DNA of 15,051 bases from Piromyces finnis finn (GCA_002104945.1 MCFH01000218.1:1-15051); one strand, 5' to 3'. Numbered from the stretch's first letter, positions 1 to 8,743 are shown. Notes: generated by a model not told the origin, from the sequence alone. Numbers and translations: made by a program.

Positions 1-750
1 TATTAAACATTATGATTCCATAGTCCAGCTATTAAATTTTTTCAGTCAACGTAATTCCAATAGTCCTATCAATAATAATGAAATTGATAAATCAGTAGAG
101 ATAGTAATAATATTAATAGTAATAGTAATAGTAATAATACAATAGTAATAGTAACAATAGTAATAATAAATAGTTAATAGAAAATAATAATATTAGTAAT
201 GATAGCAATAGTGAAGATAATATTCTAATTTAGATAGTAATTTAGTTAATGATAGTAATAGTTCTAATAATCCGGTGATATTAATGTGTATGATTATTCT
301 AGTGTGTGCAGTAAAATATTTAAATTCCTTCTTGGGGGAAGAAGTTTTAACAATATAATTACAATTCAAGGGAATGGAAAGAACTTTGTAAGCGTCAGAT
401 TCAATCTGGTACTAAGAAGGAACAATTCTTGACGGTAACCGCGGAACTTCTAACCAAAATCATGCCTTTTGCTATTGGCCAGCAATGGTCAATGTTCAAA
501 AGGTTTGAAGCAACATCCAAGAGCGTCAATGCTGAAGAAACGTAAGACAGGCCAGGAGGGCCAGGCAACCAATGGAGATATAATTTTGTTCCATGACAAA
601 TTTTGATCTTTGGCTGGTGTCCCATTGGAAGTCAAACAATTATTATACTTTAGTATGATAGTGGCTTTCTTATTTAATTAAATTACTAGAATCATTATAC
701 CAATTTTTATTCATTTGTGTTTATTTAACATATTTTTTTTTTTTTTATTT
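1..750 (+). mobile_element. Inverted copy of the LINE 3' end: post-CCHC coding region, stop at ~604-606, and downstream sequence
   Basis: Near-identical to the minus strand of 821-1605; carries more indels than the inner copy; may continue beyond the window start. Confidence 0.85.
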
Positions 751-987
751 TATTTTAATTTTTATATTACATGTATTATAATTTTAATTAAATTAATAAT
801 AGTTTAAAATATTTATCGTTAAAAAAAAAAAAAAAAAAATAAAAATAAAAAAAATATGTTTAAATAAACACAAATGAATAAAAATTGGGTATAATGTATT
901 CTAGTAATTTTAATTAAAGTAAGAAAGCCACTATCATACTAAAGTATAATATTGTATTTGACTTCCAATGGGACACCGAGCCAAAGA

Positions 988-1490
988 TCAAAATTTTTCA
1001 TGGAACAAAATTAGATCTCCATTGGTTGCGCTGGCCCTCCTGGCCTGTCTTACTGTTTCTTCAGCATTGACGCTCTTGGATGTTGCTTCAAACCTTTTGA
1101 ACATTGACCATTGCTGGCCAATAGCAAAAGGCATGATTTTGGTTAGAAGTTCCGCGGTTACCGTCAAGAATGGTGTTCCTTCATTAGTACCAGATTGAAT
1201 CTGACGCTTACAAAGTTCTTTCCATTCCCTTGAATTGTAATTGATATTGTTAAAACTTCTTCCCCCAAGAAGGAATTTAAATATTTTACTGCAACACTAG
1301 AATAATCATACACATTAATATTCACCGGATTATTAGAACTATTACTATCATTAATAAATTACTATCTAAATTAGAATTATTATCTTCACTATTGCTATCA
1401 TTACTAATATTATTATTTCTATTACTACTATTGTTATTATTACTATTGTTACTATTACTATTGTTATTATTACTATTGTTACTATTATAT
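988..1490 (-). CDS. C-terminal extension of the LINE polyprotein (not in the ORF track): N/S-rich spacer, then ...KIFKFLLGGRSFNNINYNSREWKELCKRQ...LILFHEKF*
   Basis: Minus frame is open from ~1320 to TGA at 990-988 by manual translation. The upstream Asn/Ser run is restored to frame using the left-arm copy. Confidence 0.75.
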
Positions 1491-2059
1491 TATATTATTA
1501 CTATCTCTACTGATATTATCAATTTCATTATTATTGATAGGACTATTGGAATTACGTTGACTGAAAAAATTTAATAGCTGGACTATGGAATCATAATGTT
1601 TAATACGGATATCTCTAAATGTTGGACAATCTAATAACCAATGTTTAATACTTTGATCTCCACACTTGCAACATGGACAGTAGTTAGGACAAACTGGATC
1701 AACAAATTTGGCAGCTTTGGCAACTCTAGCATCCAACTTGTATCCGCTTCTTGCTTTCAATAGCCAGTAGAAGCCATAGGCAAACTCTGGGTACTCATAA
1801 CATAATTTAATAAAATCTTTAGTTTCAATAAATTATTATCATCATAATATTGCGCTTTGATTGAATTCCCTTTGAGATCTTTCCAATAAAAGTTTTTAAC
1901 TGCTTTAACATCTCCATGTTTCTTTAGTTTTTTATCAAGTGTCCTACTTGATTTGCACCACGTGTATTTTCTAAATTTAGGAATGTAATTGACAAGGTGT
2001 GAGATAATACAATTTGAGTTTTTCCATTTGTTAAAACATCTAACCTGAGCTAAGCACAT
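1485..2059 (-). CDS. Post-RT region and CCHC zinc knuckle of the LINE polyprotein
   Basis: ORFs 1757-2059 and 1485-1760 overlap by a frameshift. They give WLLKARSG...CPCCKCGDQSIKHWLLDCPTFRDIR, the typical LINE ORF2 C-terminal C-x2-C...H-x4-C. Confidence 0.85.
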
Positions 2060-2275
2060 TTGGCTGACAATGGAGGAATATTCAAATCTTTTGAGATAGA
2101 GTATAAAGATATAAACGATACAGCTTTATGAACTCCGGCAACCCATCGTATTCCTTTGTTAACATGCTTCTGAGCAATCTAGACCTGCTTTGTTGGATCC
2201 AAGTAATGGTGCAAAGTATGAAACTCTGCTAATCACTTGTGAGTTAAGTACTAGCTTTTTGAAGGAATAGGAATA

Positions 2276-3632
2276 TTAGGATTTCTTAAGAATTACTGAC
2301 TGAAAAAGCCCTTTCAAAACCTTGTTATTAAGAGCTTTAATAACTGGTTTAAGGGACAGATTCTTATCAAATGGAACACCAAGATAAGTATAACAATCAG
2401 TAGTTGGAATGGGTTGTCCTGCTAAGTAAAATGTTGGATCTCTCTTGTTCTGATTTTCTATTGATTCAGGACGAATCACCATCGTTGAACATTCTGGATA
2501 CCAAATTCCATTTCATTATACAAGGCCCATTCATTAACTCTCTAAGCATCTTTTTTAAGTATCCTCTTGTTGGAGCACAAAATAACTATATCATCTGCAA
2601 AAAGTCCACCACAGCATCGAGTGTCACCTAAAACTGACTCCTAGATCTTCGCACTCTCTAAATATATCATTAATAAGAGATTAAAGAGAATAGGAGAAAG
2701 AGGGCATCCTTGACGGACTCCTTTTCACATCAAAAGATTTCGAGAATTGTCCATCTAATTTGACATTACCTTAGATGTTAAATATAAATTTTTGATGAAT
2801 TGTAAACTCTTACCTCGGATCCTAAACAATCTAATTTATGGAGAATATTACCGATTGGGACTGAATCGTATGCTTTCCTGAGATCTAAAAAGGCCAAATA
2901 TGTCTCTTTATTATCTAATTGACGTCTACGGCATATTTCTTGGATTGAAATGAAAAGACTGATACTTTCTTCCTTTTTTCGAAAACCAAATTGTTCAGGT
3001 CTAATGAAATTATTCTTTAGACCATATTCTGAGATTCTAGTGGTGACAATTTTGGAAATCAACTTAATACCATTATTGATAAGTGATATACCTCGATAGT
3101 TATCACAATCTGTCAAATCTCCCTTCTTAGGAATAGAAACAATACTGGATTCATTCCATGAGTTGGGGAAGTCTCCATCCCAAATACGGTTGAATAATTT
3201 AAGAATAAAATTTAAACCATAAGCATCATTATCTGAAGTGGTATTACCGGAAGAATTATTATCTGTAGCATTATTAGAATCATTACTTGATGGAATTAAT
3301 GCTTTGTAAAATTCAATTGGAATACCATCCGGACCTGATGCTTTATAATTCGGAGTAGAGAGGATAGCTGACTTGACTTCATCAATACTAATATCTTGGT
3401 TGATATCCCATTCATCAAGCATAGGGAGTGAAAAACGTTTATTCGTTGGTTCTTCATACCAATGCTCCAAATCAAGACTTACACCACTTGGATCTGATGC
3501 AAGCTTTTCGAAATGATCATGCCACACATCTAGTTGTTCTTCCGTAGCAACAACTAATTCTCCATTTTTGTTTTTAATTGGTTGAGCAATAAAGAAAGAT
3601 CTTTTCCAATTTTTGCAGTTTTCTTGATCCAT
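2276..3632 (-). CDS. Non-LTR reverse transcriptase domain (frameshifted pieces)
   Basis: ORF 2778-3632 carries the N-terminal RT motifs (GPDGIP to FLDLRKAYDSV). 2780-2480 gives GVRQGCPLSPILFN..GGLFADDIV after small homopolymer corrections. 2276-2482 gives YTYLGVPFD (thumb). Confidence 0.95.
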
Positions 3633-3820
3633 TTCAGGCCTTCTTAGGATTATGACTTTTCATATACTCACATCCTGTTTTAATCCAATGAAGATATTCT
3701 TGTTTCCTAAATCATTACATCTTTTGTGGATGTAATCAATGAGCTTACGGTAGATTTTAATTCTTTTAATAAATTCATCTATATCATAAATTCTTTCTTT
3801 TTTAAATCTCTTATACAACT

Positions 3821-4560
3821 TCATTTTGATTTTTGGAGATTAAAAATTTGTTGTGAAATATGAAATGAAGACTTTATAACATTATTTGCTGAGGTAATAC
3901 TGAGCTCGTCTGCAATTGAAAAAACAGTTGAAGTAAATTCTTTGGAAAGTTCATCTGTAGAAACATTAGGATCGTTGAATTTTGCTGAAAGTATTTGGAA
4001 TTTATTATGACTGAGAATAGATTCCTTTTCCTCAATACATTTTAATCTATTCCATTTCAGAATTTTCTTAGGAACGTTAAAGTCATTAGAAAAATCTTCC
4101 ATAGGAATAATTTTACCATTAATAAGAAGTGGCTTATGGTCTGATACAGGATAAAAATTATTTATAAATGATCCTGAGTGAATAAGATCTTTCATCTTCG
4201 AATTGATAAGAGCATGGTCAATGTCGGAAGATTGATCACCTCGAGTCCAAGAGATAGTAGACCCTCTAAGCGGAAGAATTTCCCAATCTCCTAATCCATT
4301 AGTTGATAACCAGTTGGATAATTTTACTTTAGACATATTAAAATCACCAACAAGAATCGATGGATGGGATGAATGAGTTTGTAACCACAAGCGAACTTCT
4401 AACTTTGCATGATCAACATAGATGTTGTGATGACTATGAGGCATATAAACATTTCCAATCGAGCATTTGAATCTATTCCAGAGACTAAAAGTATAAATAG
4501 AAATAATATACTTTCCAGAGAAGTTTTCAAGTGAGGCTTGACACGAATTGTGAAAACCTA
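3821..4560 (-). CDS. APE (exonuclease-endonuclease-phosphatase) domain, C-terminal part, of the LINE polyprotein
   Basis: SIGNVYMP, ILVGDFN, SWTRGDQSSDIDHALI and VSDHKPL catalytic motifs. Joined to the upstream part by two 1-bp shifts (~4650 and ~4566). Confidence 0.92.
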
Positions 4561-4571
4561 AATATAACCTC

Positions 4572-5500
4572 TCATTCCCGGAACTGATTCGTCAGCTTTC
4601 TTGAAAAAGTGTCTATAGTTTCGCAAAGTAACACGACAAGGATATCTGTATTCGAACCAGAACCATTACCAGTTTCTTGGAAACATAAGAATAATGGTTT
4701 GAAAATAGCTGTGAAATAGCTAATACTATCCCTCTTTTCATGATTCCACCCATTGGTGTTCCAACTAAGACAAAAAGAAAAGTTATCAGGCTTGTTGGAT
4801 GAGGAAGAATCGTTGCTATTATTATTATTATTAAAGTCATCGTTATTAATGGATGATGCATCAGAGGAATAAGTAGAACTATTACTAGATGGCTGTGAAA
4901 CTGAAGAACTATCAACTATTGAACTGTTATCAGAGTTGATAGAACTATTAGAATTAATTGTTGAATGTTGAGATTGAAATTGTGTTTGCTGTAGATCTGG
5001 AATATTTTCATGATGGGAAACTTGTTGAAGATCCTGTTGAAGATCTTGTTGAAGATCGGATTGTTGATGAGATTGTTGAACTGATTGTTGAACTGATTGT
5101 TGAAATGATTGTTGAATAGAATGTTGATGTTTATTAGAAACTAAAATTTTACGTTTGAGAGTGGAAAAAGTGTATTTGTGATTCCTTCTACTACGAGCTG
5201 AAAAGGAAATTGAGGTAACTGAAAGTTTCTTCTTTAACATGTGTAAGATTTTAATACAATCTTTTGATGAACCATGAACCTTGACTAAGAAAAAGTGATC
5301 ATTGAAAGTTTGAAAATATTTAACACTAATAACTGAATTAAATTTATCTTCTAGAATAACCTCGAGTTTTTCCCATAGCATATTTACTGACCATGATCGA
5401 ATACCACGGATAAAGAAGGAGCGAATATCATCTAAGGGGATACCATAAGACGGGTACCACGTCTGATATAATTCTTATCTTTAATATAAAGGACTGACAT
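4572..5500 (-). CDS. Retrotransposon polyprotein N-terminus: RRM-like domain, Q/S/N-rich linker and start of APE endonuclease
   Basis: ORF 4572-5381 runs in one frame from MLWEK to SWNTNG...CFQET. The same frame stays open upstream to ~5476 (FFIRGIRSWSVN). An ATG at 5500 is out of frame by one base. The RRM assignment rests only on the hydrophobic beta-alpha-beta-beta-alpha-beta pattern. Confidence 0.7.
5021..5129 (-). repeat. In-frame 12-bp tandem repeats encoding SVQQ/DLQQ units
   Basis: Repeated ttgttgaagatc / ttgttgaactga on the plus strand; translation SIQQSFQQSVQQSVQQSHQQSDLQQDLQQDLQQ. Confidence 0.9.
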
Positions 5501-6041
5501 GATAATAAATTCTAATTAAAAAATATTGAATATAAAATAAATACTAATAAAAATTACAAATATAACGTATATGGAAAAAAATCTGTCTCTCTCTCTCTTC
5601 TTAAAAGTACTGGATAGTACAAAAATTGTTACGATGCTTTGTTTAAAGTTTCTTTTTTTTGAATTCTAGTTGTAAATTTTCTTTAAAAATTCTAGTTTTG
5701 GTTTGTTGTTAGTAAATTCGATTCGCTTTTTGACACTAAACTTGTTTGACTTTACTTTTCATTAAATATTTAAATTGGTAAAAAATTTGAATCAAGAATG
5801 TCGACACCAGAAAGCTTGTGAATAGTATTTTTACATGATGTAGAGTGAATCAGTCTCTTACAAGAAACAATACAACAATAGCTACATGAATATAAAAGTA
5901 CAATGCAAATGCTAAAGTTGACTACATTGGATTCTTACAAGAGAAGAGTAGTACTACATGAATACATGAATAAAAGAAAAATACAGCAACAAAATGTATT
6001 ACTCTTCTAATTAAATACTATACAAACTTACCTGAAAAATC

Positions 6042-6090
6042 AAACATTCACTTATTCATCAAATACTTAAATTTGATGAATAAAATGTTT
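6042..6090. other. Strong hairpin: 7 bp, 3-nt bulge, 13 perfect bp, 6-nt loop
   Basis: aaacatt-cac-ttattcatcaaat-acttaa-atttgatgaataa-aatgttt. Confidence 0.85.
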
Positions 6091-6142
6091 TTTAATCGCT
6101 CAGTACCATGAGCTTAGTCCTAATAATTTTCCCTTAAGACTA

Positions 6143-6617
6143 ACCAAGCATCCATTGCGCAATGCTTGGATTTAATTCTTTCTACTCTCTCAGTACCATG
6201 AGCATGAGTAGACCCCTTGAGAAATTACATTTATTAAATAAATGAAGGCACATTCCTAAGAGGGCACCAAGCATCCATTGCGCAATACTTGGATTTAATT
6301 CTTTCTACTCTCTCAGTACCATGAGCATGAGTAGACCCCCTTGAGAAATTACATTTATTAAATAAATGAAGGCACATTCCTAAGAGGGCACCAAGCATCC
6401 ATTGCGCAATACTTGGATTTAATTCTTTCTACTCTCTCAGTACCATGAGCATGAGTAGACCCCCTTGAGAAATTACATTTATTAAATAAATGAAGGCACA
6501 TTCCTAAGAGGGCACCAAGCATCCATTGCGCAATACTTGGATTTAATTCTTTCTACTCTCTCAGTACCATGAGCATGAGTAGACCCCCTTGAGAAATTAC
6601 ATTTATTAAATAAATGA
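6143..6617. repeat. Tandem array of ~3.8 near-identical 123-124-bp monomers, hairpin-rich
   Basis: Unit start accaagcatccattgcgc at 6143, 6266, 6390 and 6514. Differences are limited to the C-run length and one G/A. A partial module (ctcagtaccatgagc) occurs upstream at ~6099-6113. Confidence 0.97.
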
Positions 6618-6685
6618 GCAAAAGGCATGACATGGGAGGAATAGATCGGATGAGATCTTTAATAATACAATTTGATTTTCTCTAT

Positions 6686-6790
6686 TTAACAAAGCATTTC
6701 ACTTGTTGCGCAGCACAAATACCTGAAAGGGTAAGAATCTTCATATCTCTTGTAAGAGCATATCGGACACATCATGGAATTCAAAAAATC
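6686..6790 (-). pseudogene. Possible degenerate CCHC-knuckle remnant of a second retroelement
   Basis: Minus-strand translation CPICSYKRYEDSYPFRYLC (6769-6713) is C-x2-C-x9-P-x4-C, with CCT one substitution away from His CAT. Very short. Confidence 0.25.
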
Positions 6791-7618
6791 TAATTATGAA
6801 AAAAATATTTATCTTTTTATAAATAAATGCACAAATGTTAACAACGAATAATTATTTAGAGACACACAATAATAAAGAAAGTAATAATTATTTTATATAT
6901 AAAAGTTTTTATTTTATTAACATTTTAAACCATTGATTTTCCTTTTTTACATTTTTTAAAAGAAAAAAAAACTTTACTTTTTTTTAAATAAAGGAATTCA
7001 CATTTTAATATATCTTATTCTGAACTTGAAAAAAAAAAACAATTTTTTTTTTTCTTTTTATTTTGGCAAGAAAAATCCTTTACTGTATATTTGATGGATT
7101 ATAAAAATATCTAATAAAAAATATTAGATAATAATATTTTCTATTATTATTTTCTTCTTGCAAAAATAAAAATTAATAAAATACATTAACCAACAAATTA
7201 TTTTTATAAGGTCAAAAATTATTTAATTTTCATTTGTTGTTGTTATTGTTACTTCACATACATTAACTATGCGTATCTTTTCAAATATTTTCTCCTTTAA
7301 TTCAAAATTTTCTTTCCCTTATTTTTTTCATTTTTTGTTGGCATAATGTAATTTTTTTAAATTCAAAAAAAGAATATTTTTAAACCAAAAAAATTATTAT
7401 TTCATCAAAAAAGGAAATATAATTATAAAATAATGATTTATCTTCAAAATTTTTTTCTATTTCCTATTTTTTAAAAATAAATTAATCCACAAAAAAAAAA
7501 AAAAAATCTCCAAAAAAACAAAAAAATTAATCCTAATTTTTTTCTTTTTTTTTACAAACTCATTTTTAAACTTCCCTAAGCCACGTTTAATAAGAGTAAT
7601 ACTCTAATTCTAGAATGC

Positions 7619-8743
7619 TTAAATAGCATCCATGACACCTTCCTTGTGTCTTTGAATAATTTCACGCATAACTTGTGTATAACGTTCAACATGATCACGA
7701 TTACCAAGATGGACTACAAAACGACTTGATCCAGAAATCTTAAAACCGTAAGAAGCAACTTCTCTGGCTAATTCAGCTAACTTAATTGGGGCAGCAGTAT
7801 CTTCTACCCAAACCATATTAGTATCAACACGTTTAATTAACTTGTAACCCATTTCTTCTAATTGTTGACCTAAATACTTAGCAGCAGCATGATCTTTATT
7901 AAGTTGTGGGAAATGATTTTCAAGTGCGTAAAGACAAGCACCAGCTAAATGACCAGCTTGTCTCCATGCACCTCCAAAAATCTTACGCCATTGTCTTGCA
8001 CGTTCAATAAATTCTGCAGAACCAGTTAATACAGAACCAATTGGTGCTCCTAAACCCTTAGAGAAACATAATGATACGGAATCAAAGTACTTTGCGTAAT
8101 CTTTAATTGAAATTCCAGTTTCACGAGAAGCATTCCATAAACGAGCACCATCTAAATGAAGAGGAAGTCCTTTGGCTCTAGCAAAATCATGAATATCTTT
8201 AATAGCTTCAATTGGCATAATTTCACCATCTAAAGTATTTTCAAGAGAAATAAGTTTAGTTGGTGCAGAATAAATAGATTTGTGTACAAGAGCATCTTCA
8301 ATATCTTCTGAGGTAATATAAGACTTTCCGCTTTTTGGTTGAACTGGAGTCATTAAAGCACCAGCATGAATAGCAACACCACCACATTCTAAATTGAATA
8401 CGTGTGAACGAGAATCACAAAGAACAGAATGTGGTGGAGCTTGTAAATGTGAACGTAAAGCTAATTGATTCGACATAATACCAGATGTAACAAACATTGC
8501 TGCTTCCTTTCCAGCTAAATTAGCGACAGTTTGTTCTAAAAGATTAACAGTTGGATCTTCACCATAACCATCGTCTCCAACTGGATAAGTGTACATAGCA
8601 GCAATCATTTCCTTAGTTGGTTTTGATACAGTATCAGAACGGAAGTCAATAACTTCTTCTGGATTAAACTTACTTAATCTTTCCTTAATTAATTGATCTA
8701 CTTCTCCGTAGATGTTAGTGTTAGTCTTTTTTTCGGCTGGCAT
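7619..8743 (-). CDS. GLY1: Low-specificity L-threonine aldolase (PLP-dependent), intronless, 374 aa
   Basis: Intact ORF with family motifs DFRSDTVSKPT, GDDGYGEDPTV, LHLDGARLWNA, DSVSLCFSKGLGAPIGS (PLP lysine) and GGAWRQAG. The PPHSVLCD segment is fungal-type. Confidence 0.96.
   Translation of the reverse strand: MPAEKKTNTNIYGEVDQLIKERLSKFNPEEVIDFRSDTVSKPTKEMIAAMYTYPVGDDGYGEDPTVNLLEQTVANLAGKEAAMFVTSGIMSNQLALRSHLQAPPHSVLCDSRSHVFNLECGGVAIHAGALMTPVQPKSGKSYITSEDIEDALVHKSIYSAPTKLISLENTLDGEIMPIEAIKDIHDFARAKGLPLHLDGARLWNASRETGISIKDYAKYFDSVSLCFSKGLGAPIGSVLTGSAEFIERARQWRKIFGGAWRQAGHLAGACLYALENHFPQLNKDHAAAKYLGQQLEEMGYKLIKRVDTNMVWVEDTAAPIKLAELAREVASYGFKISGSSRFVVHLGNRDHVERYTQVMREIIQRHKEGVMDAI

Larger units (their letters stand above)
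1..1605. repeat. Long inverted repeat (foldback palindrome); arms 1-~750 and ~821-1605, ~70-bp AT-rich spacer
   Basis: Base 1 onward (tattaaacattatgattccatagtccagc) is the reverse complement of 1605 downward. The match continues through 661 gtggctttctta vs ~920-931 taagaaagccac to the T-tract (~732-750) and A-tract (~821-853). Differences are mostly single-base indels. Confidence 0.97.
900..5520 (-). mobile_element. Non-LTR (LINE-like) APE-RT retrotransposon, apparently full length, frameshifted as assembled; exact ends uncertain
   Basis: Domains in order on the minus strand: APE motifs (SWNTNG, CFQET, GNVYMP, LVGDFN, IDHALI, SDHKP), RT motifs (GPDGIP, IPKKGD..YRGISL, QFGFR, FLDLRKAYDSV, RQGCPLSP, FADD at 2601-2590, YLGV), and a CCHC knuckle (CPCCKCGDQSIKHWLLDC). 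No LTRs; no TSD or poly(A) tail identified. Confidence 0.95.

Noticed and set aside
401-1198. Twin ORFs 401-625 (-) and 968-1198 (+) as a duplicated small protein gene
   Set aside because: They are antisense shadows of the LINE C-terminal coding frame, duplicated by the palindrome. Their N-termini differ only through indels.
1392-1574. Poly-Leu ORF
   Set aside because: Antisense reading of the Asn/Ser (AAT/AGT) repeat in the LINE frame.
2404-4915. ORFs 2404-2631 (+) and 4613-4915 (-)
   Set aside because: Antisense or alternative frames overlapping RT and APE; no recognisable motifs.
820-5640. Target-site duplication flanking the LINE
   Set aside because: Only short AT-rich matches expected by chance; the element ends cannot be fixed from a single copy.
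6026-6175. U1 snRNA resemblance on the plus strand (ACTTACCTG, TACCATGA, TTTTCCC, ATCCATTGC in U1 order)
   Set aside because: The U1-70K loop (GAUCACGAAG) and AUUGCAC are absent, spacing is off, TACCATGA sits in a different structural context, and G-U pairs favour the minus strand. A cmscan against RF00003 would settle it.
6143-6617. CRISPR array or hammerhead ribozyme array
   Set aside because: The units are identical with no unique spacers and no cas genes, in a eukaryotic context. The closest hammerhead-like core is CUGAGAG, which lacks the CUGANGA consensus and correctly placed stems.
5933-6758. 12-bp inverted match tcttacaagaga as transposon TIRs
   Set aside because: Short, quasi-palindromic, does not extend, and has no TSD.
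7619-8743. Intronless aldolase as a bacterial horizontal transfer
   Set aside because: The sequence carries fungal GLY1-type segments (PPHSVLCD, GGAWRQAG) and host-like AT3 codon bias. Lack of introns alone is not evidence.
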